A stretch of 64,000 nt of DNA from Candidatus Oxydemutatoraceae bacterium (GCA_965220085.1 CBDCOZ010000003.1:1982637-2046636); one strand, 5' to 3'. Positions 20,794 through 32,471 are shown, numbered from the stretch's first letter. Notes: a model not told the origin generated them from the sequence alone. Numbers and translations are program-made.

Positions 20794-22602
20794 TTATTTT
20801 GTTACTTCACAGTAGAAAATACGTTCCGCATTATTCCTTCCGTTACTTTTTCCTGTTGTGAAGGCTTTGTAATCTTTTTCAAAAATTTCGACATCGCCCT
20901 TATCATTCAGGATTTGCAAAATGTCGTTATCATGTATCCGTGCATTTGAACGTCCGTCTTTTGAATCTCCAGTGTTGTTATATGATAGTAAAATGTGTTT
21001 GCAATCGGCATCTCTTATCAAACCTGCAAGTGCACTCGTTGCGCTCTTGAGGCAATAATCGCTCTTGATGTGTGAACGAGCCATCTTTTTACTAATTCCA
21101 ACAACTTGCGGCCTTTCCCATTCTGCAAGATTTTCTAAAAGATGATATGCATCCGAGTATTGGCGCGAATTGTATGGCGGGTCAATATATAAAACATCAC
21201 AGGAGATTTTTCGTATAAGTGTATTTGCATCTTCTTTATAAATCTCATTATTTATGTTGCGTGAATAATCAATATCGGGAACAAGTAACTTTATTGGTTG
21301 GAGCATATCTAGCCTTTTACGAAAAGCGTCATAATGCCCAACAGTATTTGCCACTTTATCAACTGCGTAAATAAGAGAACAAATCAAGAGATTTCTCTCA
21401 TCTTTGCCTTCTATGCTTCTGTCAATCTCTTCTCTAATCACACCTATTTTCCTTGCATTTTCTTCTGTGAAGTATGTTCCGCCAAAGTGTTTTGAAAAAT
21501 AATTTTCCTTGTCGCTTGGCAAATTGTTGAGATATTTTATTTTTTCAGAAATACTTTTTTGAGGCTCTTTGCTTACTCCCAAGAATGCTTGTAGGCAAGT
21601 ATAGTTTGCAAAAAGAAAATCATTGGAAATAATCTTTATGCTTGGGTTATTGAACCTTGCCCCGACAACACCGGTTCCCGCAAAGATATCGCAAAACGAG
21701 CCTACTAATCCGCACTTCTCGGAGATTATATCTTCAACAAACCCGAGTAATTTATATTTATTACCTAAATAACGTCTGTTTTGAAGTTGAAAATATCCGT
21801 TTTTTGAACCCCGCGGTTGGAAATAATGCTTATAGTTTTTTTGAACACTAGCCCCATAAGCAGGCCTTTCAATTTCTAACAAATCAAAAAGTGTTCCTTG
21901 CGCTCCGTCCGCAACATAATCAAAACTTTCGTTTTGGTCTTTTAGTTTTTCGTAAAAACTAAAATCTCCTTTTGATGAAACGATAATAAAATCAATAACA
22001 GGTATTCCCATTATATTTCCCGCTTGCACGATTTTCTCTACAACCTCAATATCCTTTTTACTGGGCAACGAATCGCCAGATGGATGATTGTGTACCAAAA
22101 TTACACTCGCGGCATTGAGTTCTATCGCAGAATAAAAAATTTCTCTTGGATGAAGTAATGTCTTGTCAGCAAGTCCAATACTTACAACTTCTTTTCTCAA
22201 CAAGACATTTCGTGCATTTAGATACAAACAAACAAGATATTCCTTTTTCTTACTTCGCAAATCATAGGTTAGTGAAGCAATATCTTGAGAGTTTTTTATC
22301 ACAACCTCGTTTGTTTGATTGTCTGCATAAAACCTTTTAACGAGAGAAATTGCTGACGCAATTTGTAAGGCTTTGGCTTCGCCAATTCCTGCAACGCTTT
22401 TCAAGTCATCTACTGTAATATTCAAAAAGTTTTTACTAAATCTCTTGATAATTTGTCGTGAGAGCTGCTGAACATTTTTCCCTTTGATTCCACTTCCAAG
22501 CAGGATTGACAAAAGATCGCTTTTTGAAAGTGCCTCTGGACCTTTCTTGAGAAATTTTTCCCTTGGTCTATCAACTTTTGGAATATCTTTAATCTTTGCC
22601 AT
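20794..22602 (-). CDS. RadC/JAB domain fused to a D12-class adenine methyltransferase
   Basis: DRPREK, HPREIF, HNHPSGD..PSKKD, then RRYLGNKYKLL, DIFAGTGVV, YIDPPYNSRQY in one frame. Confidence 0.85.
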   Translation of the reverse strand: MAKIKDIPKVDRPREKFLKKGPEALSKSDLLSILLGSGIKGKNVQQLSRQIIKRFSKNFLNITVDDLKSVAGIGEAKALQIASAISLVKRFYADNQTNEVVIKNSQDIASLTYDLRSKKKEYLVCLYLNARNVLLRKEVVSIGLADKTLLHPREIFYSAIELNAASVILVHNHPSGDSLPSKKDIEVVEKIVQAGNIMGIPVIDFIIVSSKGDFSFYEKLKDQNESFDYVADGAQGTLFDLLEIERPAYGASVQKNYKHYFQPRGSKNGYFQLQNRRYLGNKYKLLGFVEDIISEKCGLVGSFCDIFAGTGVVGARFNNPSIKIISNDFLFANYTCLQAFLGVSKEPQKSISEKIKYLNNLPSDKENYFSKHFGGTYFTEENARKIGVIREEIDRSIEGKDERNLLICSLIYAVDKVANTVGHYDAFRKRLDMLQPIKLLVPDIDYSRNINNEIYKEDANTLIRKISCDVLYIDPPYNSRQYSDAYHLLENLAEWERPQVVGISKKMARSHIKSDYCLKSATSALAGLIRDADCKHILLSYNNTGDSKDGRSNARIHDNDILQILNDKGDVEIFEKDYKAFTTGKSNGRNNAERIFYCEVTK

Positions 22603-22875
22603 GTTTATTTCACTAATGCACTCAAGGGATTTTTTCATTTTGCTTGCACGACTGAGAGAACACACCCAAAGCGTAATGGAGTTGTTGTCGTTCACGCTTC
22701 ATAAGGCGTGAGATATGCACAAGTTTCAATCGTTTCGTTTTTTTAATCAAAACCCTATCGATTTTACTCGTGAAAAGTTTGAACTTTAATCAAAAAAACG
22801 CCGCTGAACCTTCCTATAAGAAGAATTGAGCGACGCAACGAGTGGCACCATGCCGGAGATGTTGACGTTGTAGTA

Positions 22876-22970
<95 letters not shown>

Positions 22971-23002
22971 TATCAATCAGTATTTTATTCCTTGGAATCT
23001 GT

Positions 23003-23191
23003 CTAGTCTGTGGTGACTTTTCCAAGTTGCTCTTTCTTGATCTTTTCATAAATCTCTTCACGATAGACAGAAACACCCCGCGGGGCATTTATACCCAGCC
23101 GTGCCTGACCGCTACTGATGTTCAGAACGGTTACGGTGATATCGTCACCGATCATAAAAGATTCTCCCACTCTTCTAGTTAGAATTAACAC
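23003..23191 (-). CDS. csrA: Carbon storage regulator CsrA
   Basis: [10 protein letters not shown]...RLGINAP...REEIY; GTG start. Confidence 0.95.
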   Translation of the reverse strand: MLILTRRVGESFMIGDDITVTVLNISSGQARLGINAPRGVSVYREEIYEKIKKEQLGKVTTD

Positions 23192-23339
23192 AGTATCCCT
23201 CCTGTTAATTTAGCCCGCCTATTATACAAGACCCTTGCTTTTGACATAAAAAGGTTTGTTTGTGGCGGAGTTTATCAATCAGATAGTTATTACACCCGAT
23301 AAAACTGCGCAGCCCGGCTGAACTGCGCAGCTTCGGTAT

Positions 23340-24410
23340 TTAGAAAGCGTATTGCCAACCGATGGTTGTACGATAATCTACTTCCAGTTGCGGGCCATCC
23401 AGATGTTGGTAAACCGGCATGCCGAATTCCAGCGCAAGGCGATGGTCAGCCAAAGGCCCTTCGTGCCATAACCAATTCATACCGGCGAGCAAATCAACCC
23501 GTTTGCCGCCGCGCAAGTCCGTGCGTGCGGTCGGCACCAACGCCGGGTTGAGATCTTTGTCACGCCCCTTGATGTCTTGCCACTGTCGCGCGTCAAGGCG
23601 TAGCGAGGTGCTCAGGCTGGGTTGCCAGGTGTAGCTCATCCACGCTGTCGCTCCGTATTCATTGCCCAGACGATACCCTTCGGAATTGTGACCGATGCGG
23701 AATGTCCCGTGCAATTGTCCGCCCCACGACCAGAGGTCGTGGAAATGCTTCCATACAACAGACAGCATGGGGTCATAAGTTCCCGACCCCAGCTGCATGG
23801 CATAAGGCAATTTGCTACGCCCCATAGGGGTCTGGTCTTTTTTATCGGTGCTGCCGGTAGGCAAACTTAAACCGATGTTGACTTGCAATTGACTGTGATG
23901 ACCTGATGCATGCCCATCCATCAATGGCCATAATAAGGACAGTTTCAAATCACCGAGGCCTTGCGTGCGCGTAGTGAACTCGGCCGCAGGGCAATTAGCA
24001 AGCGCTGTCGCTCCGGTGCCGCGAGCGGGCGGCGGGCAAGCGCCGTGCTCCATGGTTTTGCGCACATAAGGGAGCATCGCCATAAAAGTAAAGTTGTTTT
24101 CAAAGCCGTACATGGCACCGAACATATGCATTTCCATGTCCATTTCGTACGGTGCGACAACAAATGGCTCTCGCCATACTTCTTCGCGGCTGCGCCGGCT
24201 GTTGCCATCGCGATTGCCATCCATATGCATGGTTGCGTAGCGATATGAAAACATCCATTCACCTGTGTCGTGTGTATGGTCACCCATCACACCCAGCGGC
24301 GCATGGTCGTCGGGCTTTGTTATGGTGCCCGTGTGTCCTGTCGCCGCAAACAATACGGCAACGAGTAATAGTAAAAATTTATAAAACATTTTAGTCTCCT
24401 GTATTCTCAA
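23340..24410 (-). CDS. Outer-membrane beta-barrel transporter-like protein with His/Met-rich N-terminus
   Basis: Signal peptide, DDHAPLGVMGDHTH, MDMEMHM, MQLGSGTYD, C-terminal WQYAF. Confidence 0.75.
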   Translation of the reverse strand: MRIQETKMFYKFLLLLVAVLFAATGHTGTITKPDDHAPLGVMGDHTHDTGEWMFSYRYATMHMDGNRDGNSRRSREEVWREPFVVAPYEMDMEMHMFGAMYGFENNFTFMAMLPYVRKTMEHGACPPPARGTGATALANCPAAEFTTRTQGLGDLKLSLLWPLMDGHASGHHSQLQVNIGLSLPTGSTDKKDQTPMGRSKLPYAMQLGSGTYDPMLSVVWKHFHDLWSWGGQLHGTFRIGHNSEGYRLGNEYGATAWMSYTWQPSLSTSLRLDARQWQDIKGRDKDLNPALVPTARTDLRGGKRVDLLAGMNWLWHEGPLADHRLALEFGMPVYQHLDGPQLEVDYRTTIGWQYAF

Positions 24411-24493
24411 TAAAATATCCTGAAGTACATCCCGTTCATCAGGCGGGACGCGATTACCCGGATTTAAGTAATCTCCGACGCGAACGGCCGGAA

Positions 24494-24871
24494 TCAGGAG
24501 ACTATGGGCGGGGCGCGCGAAGCCCAGTGGTAAGAAGCTGCAATGGTATCGGGTTGGACATGCGATAGCGCAGTCCCGGCGACAATATGCCAGTCGCTTT
24601 TGACTATCATCGGCGCATCGGATGAAGCGTTTGAATCAGCCAGCCGGCCGACTTCCATCAACGCACACAAACACGTAGCCAACTGCTCGCTTGTGTGGGA
24701 CATATGCCCGGCATGGTCACTCTCGGCTTGTTGCTGCGAGTGAATCTGTGCCTCTGCGCAAACACCGCCCCCCGGTAAAGCAAAGACCAGTGGCAAAGCG
24801 GCTTGGAAAAGTAACGCACCAAGCATGGCGCGTCCGATAAAACCGTGGGTTGTCATCCTCATTACTCGCAT
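24494..24871 (-). CDS. DUF2946-like small protein with C-terminal RAPP motif; start uncertain
   Basis: N-terminal hydrophobic helix, DHAGHMSH...CLC, terminal SRAPPIVS, directly upstream of the OM barrel. Confidence 0.6.
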   Translation of the reverse strand: MRVMRMTTHGFIGRAMLGALLFQAALPLVFALPGGGVCAEAQIHSQQQAESDHAGHMSHTSEQLATCLCALMEVGRLADSNASSDAPMIVKSDWHIVAGTALSHVQPDTIAASYHWASRAPPIVS

Positions 24872-24932
24872 AGACCTGTATTGCGATAATGCACTAATTT
24901 GCCCGGCATGACAAATGACAGAGGTATGGCGA

Positions 24933-26174
24933 CTATTTCCCGTCCGTCTCCGCTTGATCCAAGCCGAACGCATCGTGCAACACGCGCACTGCCGTCTCCA
25001 TAGATTTTTCTTCTATGACAACAGAAATCTTTATTTCTGAAGTTGATATCATTCGGATATCTATGCCCGCATTTGCCAAGGTCTGAAACATCTTCGTAGC
25101 GATGCCGGCGTGTGAGCGCATGCCGACACCGACTACCGACACCTTAACAATGGAGTCGTCGCCGCGTACCCGCCCCGATCCAAAAGTAGCGACACTCTGC
25201 TCAAGTATCTCACGCGCACGCTTGTAATCTCTGCGGTGTACGGTGAAAGTAAAGTCAGCTTCGCCGCTTTGCGAACCGACATTCTGCACAATCATATCCA
25301 CTTCTATGTTGGCATCGGACACAGGCCCCAGTATCTGCGCTGCGATACCGACTTGATCGGGCACCCCGCGCACGGTCAACTGCGCTTCATCCTGATTGAA
25401 TGCAATCCCCGCTATCTTTGCGTTTTCCATCAATTCTTCTTCGCCTTCATAAGTGATGAGTGTCCCCTTCCCCTTGTTAAAGGTGGAAAGCACCCTGAGC
25501 GGCACATTATACTTGCCGGCCAACTCAACCGAGCGGATTTGCAATACCTTGGAACCGAGGCTTGCCATCTCAAGCATCTCCTCAAAGGTAATCCGCTTGA
25601 GCCGCCGCGCTTTGGGCTCTATGCGCGGGTCGGTTGTATAAACGCCATCGACATCGGTGTATATCTGACATTCCTGCGCTTGTAATGCAGTAGCGAGTGC
25701 CACCGCACTGGTATCGGAACCGCCGCGTCCGAGCGTGGTGATATTGCCCGCGGAATCAACCCCCTGAAAACCGGCAACGACGACGACACGCCCCTTATCA
25801 AGCTGACTGTCAATCGTCTGGCGGTCAATCGACATGATGCGCGCACGATTATAAACATCATCGGTGGCGATACACGCTTGCACACCGTTCATTGATACGG
25901 CATCTATGCCCAGTTTGTTCAACGCAATCGCAAGCAGCGCGGCACTCGCCTGCTCGCCTGTTGCAAGCAATGCATCAAGCTCACGCCCGTAGTAGCCGTT
26001 GCTGATATCACCGGCAAGCTTGATAAGGCGATCGGTCTCACCGGCCATTGCGGACACAACGGCGACAACCTTGGTGCCTTGCTTGTGATCTGCCGCAATC
26101 AGTGATGCGACATGGCGAATCATCTCCGGCGAGGCGACCGAAGTCCCACCAAATTTCTTTACTATCAGGGGCAT
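24933..26174 (-). CDS. lysC: Aspartate kinase
   Basis: KKFGGTSV, TLGRGGSDTSA, DVDGVYTTDPR, two ACT domains. Confidence 0.96.
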   Translation of the reverse strand: MPLIVKKFGGTSVASPEMIRHVASLIAADHKQGTKVVAVVSAMAGETDRLIKLAGDISNGYYGRELDALLATGEQASAALLAIALNKLGIDAVSMNGVQACIATDDVYNRARIMSIDRQTIDSQLDKGRVVVVAGFQGVDSAGNITTLGRGGSDTSAVALATALQAQECQIYTDVDGVYTTDPRIEPKARRLKRITFEEMLEMASLGSKVLQIRSVELAGKYNVPLRVLSTFNKGKGTLITYEGEEELMENAKIAGIAFNQDEAQLTVRGVPDQVGIAAQILGPVSDANIEVDMIVQNVGSQSGEADFTFTVHRRDYKRAREILEQSVATFGSGRVRGDDSIVKVSVVGVGMRSHAGIATKMFQTLANAGIDIRMISTSEIKISVVIEEKSMETAVRVLHDAFGLDQAETDGK

Positions 26175-26178
26175 GCTG

Positions 26179-26961
26179 CTATCTCAAAATCTGCGGGAAA
26201 GTAATGCCTTCCGGCAAGGAATGACTTGCGTCATATTCTACCCCAACAAGATATAAGCCCTTGCTTGGTGCTGTAACACCGCCGGAGCGCCGGTCGCGTT
26301 GGGCCAGAACTTGTGCCGGCCAGTCACACGGCTGCTCGCCGTGCCCGACTTCGATTAACACCCCGGCAATGTTTCTGACCATGTGCTGCAAAAACGCATT
26401 TGCGCAGATATCAATATATATGAAGCAACCGTCGCGCCACACCCGCAGGCTTTCGACTGTGCGCATCGGCGAGCGCGACTGGCAACCCGCACTGCGGTAG
26501 CCGGAAAAGTCGTGCTCGCCAACGAGTGCTTGCGCGGCATCGTGCATTGCATCGGCATTGAGTGTTTGACTGATGCGCGTACAACGATTACGCAGTAAGG
26601 CGGATGGCACATCATCGTTCAGTATCACATAGCGATAGTGGCGGCGGATTGCGCTGACACGGGCATGGAAGTCATCGCTGGCCGCCTGCACCCGGCGCAA
26701 GCATACATCGTCCGGCAAGTTTGCATTGGCACCTCGCAACCACTCGCGAGGTGTGCGCGATGCGGCGGTATCAAAATGTATTACTTGCCGCCACGCGTGT
26801 ACTCCGGTATCGGTACGTCCGGCACACGCGACTACCACCGGATGGTCGGCCACTTTAGAAAGCGCGCCTTGCACGCAGTCCTGCACACTGCGCGCGTGCG
26901 ACTGGCTTTGCCAACCAAAAAAATCTGTGCCGTCATATTCGACAGCAGCGCATATCCTCAT
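26179..26961 (-). CDS. truA: tRNA pseudouridine(38-40) synthase
   Basis: AGRTDTGVHA, FHAR, AFLQHMVRNI. Confidence 0.96.
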   Translation of the reverse strand: MRICAAVEYDGTDFFGWQSQSHARSVQDCVQGALSKVADHPVVVACAGRTDTGVHAWRQVIHFDTAASRTPREWLRGANANLPDDVCLRRVQAASDDFHARVSAIRRHYRYVILNDDVPSALLRNRCTRISQTLNADAMHDAAQALVGEHDFSGYRSAGCQSRSPMRTVESLRVWRDGCFIYIDICANAFLQHMVRNIAGVLIEVGHGEQPCDWPAQVLAQRDRRSGGVTAPSKGLYLVGVEYDASHSLPEGITFPQILR

Positions 26962-28271
26962 CCGGGATCACCTCTCACTTTGTCCTTGAGCGCATGAGCG
27001 CGCTTGACTTGTGACGGAGTGCCGCGCTTGATTACCGCATCAATTATCTCCTGCGCCTCGATGTGATCGCCCATTTCAATATATGTGGTCGCGAGGTTAA
27101 GCTGATTGTTAATCTCACTCTCACCATCACTGAGCTTCTCTGCGGGCGCGACATATCCGATTTCTTTTTCCAGCTCGCCTTGCCCGGGCAATGCCGTTTT
27201 GCGCTGCCGCTCCTGCTGCCGCGTCAGACGCCTATGCCTGTATTGACGCACCACCATCAGCGCAAGCAACACAAGCCAAAAGGCCGCCAAACCAAACCAG
27301 AATTGGCGCGACAACAAAGCCCGCTTGTCCCAACCCTCTCCTCTGGCATACTCCCGCGCACGGTCGAGCAACGAAGCGATGCCCTGCGGCTGTTGCTCCG
27401 TATCTTTTTGCGCAGCCTCCTCCAATAATTGATGCTTGAGCGCGGTAATCTGATTTTCCATCGCTGCCATTCTGTTTTTTATCGCGCCCATCTGATCGTC
27501 AGAACCACCATCGACATAAACATCGCTTGTAAGATCACCGGCTAAAAGCTTTTTCAACAGCGCTCGCTCACGATCCGCAAACAATACGCGGCCCATCGCA
27601 CGCAAGGCACCGTGTGTCTTTGTGTCTTTCGCAAATTCAGCCTTGGCATCGGCGCTGAGCAAGGCTTGAAAACCGTTGACAAATGATTCGTCCGGCTGAG
27701 TGCCGCCTAATCTGAACACGATGTATTTTGTTTCCAACCCGGCATCGTCGGTGATGAGTCGGCGCAGGCTGCCAAGCACTTCAATGCGAGTCAGACCTGT
27801 CGCATCTGCGATGCGATTTAGAATCTGCGACAAAACCTCGGCCGCGGTTAATACATCCGGTGGCGGCGGGGCGGGCGGTGTCAAAACAACGGCGTATCTT
27901 TTAACGAGCTCACCTTCTGCCGTAACCAGGCCGACCACCAGATTGAAACGCTCCGCATTGACCGCGCCGATGCTGCTCACCGCGATATGCGGATTAGCGG
28001 CGGTCATGACAAGCTCTGTCACGATACGCTCATGCAAGTCAGAGTATTCAATATTGACCTTCTGATACAGTGCCGCTCCATGCGGCAATAGCCTGATTGC
28101 GGAGAGATCCTCCGCAGAAGACAGCGGAATGTGAACATCCAATGTCTGCCCGGGCAGGCTTTCAACCCGCAACTCACCCAACTCAACAGCGGCAGCAGTC
28201 TGCCATAACAACGAGAACCCGAGCGATAAACACAGCAATATGCTCGTGTGCCTGTGTACTTTACCCATCAA
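26958..28271 (-). CDS. FimV/HubP-like polar landmark protein (short form)
   Basis: LGELRVESLPGQTL N-terminus, C-terminal LNLATTYIEMGD; between asd and truA. Confidence 0.75.
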   Translation of the reverse strand: MMGKVHRHTSILLCLSLGFSLLWQTAAAVELGELRVESLPGQTLDVHIPLSSAEDLSAIRLLPHGAALYQKVNIEYSDLHERIVTELVMTAANPHIAVSSIGAVNAERFNLVVGLVTAEGELVKRYAVVLTPPAPPPPDVLTAAEVLSQILNRIADATGLTRIEVLGSLRRLITDDAGLETKYIVFRLGGTQPDESFVNGFQALLSADAKAEFAKDTKTHGALRAMGRVLFADRERALLKKLLAGDLTSDVYVDGGSDDQMGAIKNRMAAMENQITALKHQLLEEAAQKDTEQQPQGIASLLDRAREYARGEGWDKRALLSRQFWFGLAAFWLVLLALMVVRQYRHRRLTRQQERQRKTALPGQGELEKEIGYVAPAEKLSDGESEINNQLNLATTYIEMGDHIEAQEIIDAVIKRGTPSQVKRAHALKDKVRGDPG

Positions 28272-29289
28272 TGTAATCGCGCAACATGATTTCCGCTATC
28301 TGCACACTGTTAGTTGCGGCACCTTTACGCAGGTTATCACTGACAACCCAAAGGTTGAGGCCGTTAGGATGTGAAATGTCTTTGCGGATGCGGCCGACAA
28401 AGACATCGTCGCAACCGCTCGCTTCGGTTGCCGCGGTCGGATAACCGCCGTCGGCCTGTTCGTCGATGACGACAACGCCGGCGGCGGTTGCGAGTGCTTC
28501 CCGCGCATGTTCAACATCTATCTGCTGTGCACATTCAATATGTACCGCTTCGGAATGACCATAGACCACAGGAACCCTGACCGTTGTCGGATTGACAAGA
28601 ATAGATTCGTCTTCAAATATCTTTTGCGTCTCCCACACCATCTTCATTTCTTCCTTCGTATACCCGTTGTCCATGAAGACATCTATCTGCGGCAGCGCAT
28701 TAAAAGCAATCTGCTTGGGATACACCCGGCTTTCAACCGCAGCACCTCCCAATATCGCGCGCGATTGCTCAAGCATTTCTTCAATCGCAGACTGACCGGT
28801 GCCGGAAACCGCCTGATAAGTCGCGACATTAATCCGCTTGATTTTGAACAGATCGTGCAGAGGTTTTAACGCAACCGCCATCTGTATCGTCGAACAATTC
28901 GGGTTGGCGATGATGCGGCGGTTGCTCCAACCTGCCAGAGCATGCGGGTTGACTTCCGGCACTACGAGCGGAATATCATCCTCATAACGGAAGTGCGAAG
29001 TATTATCGACCACAACGCAACCCGCCCCGGCGGCAAGCGGCGCATATTGCGCGGACACAGACCCCCCGGCTGAAAACAAACCGAGTTCCGCGTTGGAGAA
29101 GTCAAACTCAGCCAGATTTATAACCTCCAACTCCTTGCCGTTAAAAGTTATCTTGTTCCCGGCCGAGCGCGCACTGGCCAATGGATACAAATTGGCAACG
29201 GGGAACTGCCTCTCCTCGAGTATCCGGCAGATCGTGCGTCCAACCGCACCGGTTGCCCCGACAACTGCCACATTGATTTTACGTGCCAT
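28261..29289 (-). CDS. asd: Aspartate-semialdehyde dehydrogenase
   Basis: GATGAVG, ANPNCSTIQ, DNLRKGAATN. Confidence 0.96.
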   Translation of the reverse strand: MARKINVAVVGATGAVGRTICRILEERQFPVANLYPLASARSAGNKITFNGKELEVINLAEFDFSNAELGLFSAGGSVSAQYAPLAAGAGCVVVDNTSHFRYEDDIPLVVPEVNPHALAGWSNRRIIANPNCSTIQMAVALKPLHDLFKIKRINVATYQAVSGTGQSAIEEMLEQSRAILGGAAVESRVYPKQIAFNALPQIDVFMDNGYTKEEMKMVWETQKIFEDESILVNPTTVRVPVVYGHSEAVHIECAQQIDVEHAREALATAAGVVVIDEQADGGYPTAATEASGCDDVFVGRIRKDISHPNGLNLWVVSDNLRKGAATNSVQIAEIMLRDYIDG

Positions 29290-29323
29290 CGCGAAATACC
29301 TCGGAATTATTGATTACATGTTG

Positions 29324-30415
29324 CTACAGCAGGCTGATGTAATGCCTGACGACCGCATCACCAAGTTCGGATGTCGTCACAGGCGCTCCGCCCGCCGCAA
29401 TATCCGCCGTACGCAATCCTTCTTCAAGCGTGCGCCCCACTGCGGTCTCTATCCTGTCCGCTTGCGTTTTCATATTCAAAGAATAACGCAAAAGCATCGC
29501 CAACGATAGAATCGTAGCCAATGGATTGGCCAAACCGCGACCGGCAATATCAGGCGCGGAACCGTGCGCCGGTTCGTACAGACCCCAACCGTCCGCGTTC
29601 AAAGACGCCGACGGCAGCATACCGATTGAACCCGTCAGCATTGCCGCCAAGTCAGACAAAATGTCGCCGAACATATTAGAGGTGACGATCACATCAAACT
29701 GTGTCGGGTCGCGCACCAACTGCATCGCGGCGTTATCCACATAGAGATGGCTCAAGCGCACATCGGGGTAGTCCTGCGCCACACTTTCTACGACCTCGCG
29801 CCACAACTCCGACACCTCAAGCACATTCGCTTTGTCAACCGAACATACTTTGCACCCGCGCTTGGTAGCGGCGGTAAACGCCGCGCGGGCGATGCGCTCA
29901 ATTTCGTCTTCACGATAGACCATCGTGTTGATTCCTTCTCTGACCCCTCCATCGCCGGTCTGTATGCCCCGCGGAGTACCGAAATAGATACCGCCGACGA
30001 GCTCGCGCACAATCAGAATATCCAGACCTGAAATCACTTCGCGCTTGAGGCTGGAGCTGTCGATAAGCGGTTCAAACAACACGGCCGGACGTAAGTTCGC
30101 AAACAGATTCAAACTGCTGCGAATACCGAGCAAGCCGCGCTCCGGGCGTTTATCGCGCTCAAGCTGTTCATACTGCGGCCCGCCGACCGCACCCATCAAC
30201 GCCGCAGAGCAAGCGCGCGCCAAAGACAATGTCTCCTCCGGCAGTGGCGTCCCGCAAGCATCGTATGCCGCGCCGCCAATCAATCCTTGCTCAACATGAA
30301 TATCCAAAGCCTCGTGTTGGCAGATAGCATCAAGCAACTTACAAGCTTCGGCAGTGACTTCAGGCCCGATTCCATCCCCCGGCAGACACAGAATGCTGTG
30401 ATTGTGGTTATCCAT
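29324..30415 (-). CDS. leuB: 3-isopropylmalate dehydrogenase
   Basis: [29 protein letters not shown]. Confidence 0.96.
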   Translation of the reverse strand: MDNHNHSILCLPGDGIGPEVTAEACKLLDAICQHEALDIHVEQGLIGGAAYDACGTPLPEETLSLARACSAALMGAVGGPQYEQLERDKRPERGLLGIRSSLNLFANLRPAVLFEPLIDSSSLKREVISGLDILIVRELVGGIYFGTPRGIQTGDGGVREGINTMVYREDEIERIARAAFTAATKRGCKVCSVDKANVLEVSELWREVVESVAQDYPDVRLSHLYVDNAAMQLVRDPTQFDVIVTSNMFGDILSDLAAMLTGSIGMLPSASLNADGWGLYEPAHGSAPDIAGRGLANPLATILSLAMLLRYSLNMKTQADRIETAVGRTLEEGLRTADIAAGGAPVTTSELGDAVVRHYISLL

Positions 30416-30420
30416 AAACC

Positions 30421-31068
30421 CTATGCCGGACTCTTATTGAACAACCACGGTGTCAGTTTGCGCTTGGCGTTCTCATATTCTTGAATCCGGTCGCTATGCT
30501 TCAAGGTCAAACCAATCTCATCCAGACCTTCCAGCAAACAGGACTTATTAAACGCATCAACCTCAAACTTCCACACCGTCTCGCCATCGCTTAATGTCTG
30601 TTCGGACAAATCAGCCGTCAGGCCATATCCTTCCGTCTTTGCCACCCGCTCAAACAATGTGTCTACCGCATCGGGAGACAATACCACCGCGAGCAAACCG
30701 TTCTTAAATGAGTTGCTGGCAAATATGTCGGCAAACATCGGCGCTATAACCACCCTGAAGCCGGCATCCATCAGCGCCCACACTGCGTGTTCGCGAGACG
30801 AGCCGCAACCAAAGTTCTCACGCGCCAGCAATATGCTGGCATCGCGATAGCGCGGCTGATTCAATACAAACTCGGCGTTGATTTTGCGCTTTGAATGATC
30901 CTGCCCGGGCTCACCGGGCTCCAGATAACGCCAGTCATCAAACAGGTTGGGACCGAAACCGCTGCGTTTTACCGATTTCAGATATTGCTTCGGGATAATC
31001 GCATCGGTATCCGCATTGGCACGGTCTAACGGCGCCACAATCCCCCGATGTGTTTTGAAAGCCCGCAT
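30421..31068 (-). CDS. leuD: 3-isopropylmalate dehydratase small subunit
   Basis: [22 protein letters not shown]. Confidence 0.96.
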   Translation of the reverse strand: MRAFKTHRGIVAPLDRANADTDAIIPKQYLKSVKRSGFGPNLFDDWRYLEPGEPGQDHSKRKINAEFVLNQPRYRDASILLARENFGCGSSREHAVWALMDAGFRVVIAPMFADIFASNSFKNGLLAVVLSPDAVDTLFERVAKTEGYGLTADLSEQTLSDGETVWKFEVDAFNKSCLLEGLDEIGLTLKHSDRIQEYENAKRKLTPWLFNKSPA

Positions 31069-32471
31069 CACTCCCACCCTCGCACATCAACAAAATGCCC
31101 CGCGACGGCGGCGGCGGCGGCCATCGCCGGGCTCACCAGATGGGTGCGCCCGCCTTGGCCCTGACGACCTTCAAAGTTGCGATTAGAAGTCGAGGCACAG
31201 CGCTCGCCTTTGGCTAAGCGATCGGCATTCATTCCAAGGCACATGGAGCAACCCGGTTCGCGCCACTCAAACCCGGCATCCTTGAAAATCTTGTCAAGGC
31301 CTTCGTCTTCGGCCTGACGCTTAATCAGCCCGGAGCCCGGCACGACCATCGCCAGTTTGATACCGGGTGCGACTTTCTTGCCCTTAACGACCGTCGCTGC
31401 CGCCCGCAAATCTTCAATCCGCGAGTTCGTGCAGGAGCCGATAAACACCTTATCCAATACGATATCCTCAATCGCAGTCCCCGGCTCCAAGTCCATATAA
31501 GAAAGCGCTCGGCGCCAACTCTCCGATTGCACCGGGTCTTTGGCCTCATCGGGCGATGGCACTCTGGCATCCACCGGCGCCACCATCTCCGGTGATGTGC
31601 CCCAACTGACCTGTGGGTAAATTGCACTTGCATCAAGCGACACTTCGCGGTCAAACACCGCGCCGTCATCGGAATGCAAGTCGCCCCACGCCTCCAATGC
31701 CTGCTGCCACATTGCGCCACTTGGCGCGTGAGGGCGGCCTTGCAAATACGCGGCGGTCGTATCATCAAACGCAACCATGCCGGCGCGCGCGCCCGCTTCT
31801 ATCGTCATGTTGCAAACCGTCATCCTCTGCTCCATTGAAAAATTGCGGATGACATCACCGCCGTATTCAATCGCATAGCCGGCGCCGCCCGCCGTTCCGA
31901 TTTTGCCGATGATGGCCAGAATGACATCCTTGGCGGTGACTCCGGACGGCAACTCGCCGTTCACCGTCACTCTCATATTGGCCAGTTTTTTCATCGCGAG
32001 GCATTGTGTCGCAAACACATGCTCGACATCCGATGTGCCGATGCCCAATGCAAACACCGCAAACGCGCCGTGGGTCGAAGTGTGCGAATCCCCGCAGACC
32101 AAAGTCATGCCGGGCAGTGTCGCACCTTGCTCAGGACCGATGATGTGCACGATGCCCTGACGGATATCATCCAGATAGTAATACTCCAGCGCGTTCTGCG
32201 AACAGTTGCGCGTCAAAGTCTCGACTTGGATGCGCGATACCGGATCATCGATGCCGAGCGCGCGGTCGGTCGTCGGCACATTGTGGTCGGGCACGGCGAT
32301 AATGGTGTCCTTGCGCCACAGCGTGCGGCCTGCAAGTGTCAAACCTTCAAACGCCTGCGGTGATGTAACCTCGTGAACGAGGTGACGGTCTATATAGATG
32401 AGGGTGTTGCCGTTCGCTTCTTCGTGGACGACATGGTCCCTCCAGAGTTTGTCATAAAGCGTTAATGCCAT
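31068..32471 (-). CDS. leuC: 3-isopropylmalate dehydratase large subunit
   Basis: [36 protein letters not shown]. Confidence 0.97.
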   Translation of the reverse strand: MALTLYDKLWRDHVVHEEANGNTLIYIDRHLVHEVTSPQAFEGLTLAGRTLWRKDTIIAVPDHNVPTTDRALGIDDPVSRIQVETLTRNCSQNALEYYYLDDIRQGIVHIIGPEQGATLPGMTLVCGDSHTSTHGAFAVFALGIGTSDVEHVFATQCLAMKKLANMRVTVNGELPSGVTAKDVILAIIGKIGTAGGAGYAIEYGGDVIRNFSMEQRMTVCNMTIEAGARAGMVAFDDTTAAYLQGRPHAPSGAMWQQALEAWGDLHSDDGAVFDREVSLDASAIYPQVSWGTSPEMVAPVDARVPSPDEAKDPVQSESWRRALSYMDLEPGTAIEDIVLDKVFIGSCTNSRIEDLRAAATVVKGKKVAPGIKLAMVVPGSGLIKRQAEDEGLDKIFKDAGFEWREPGCSMCLGMNADRLAKGERCASTSNRNFEGRQGQGGRTHLVSPAMAAAAAVAGHFVDVRGWE

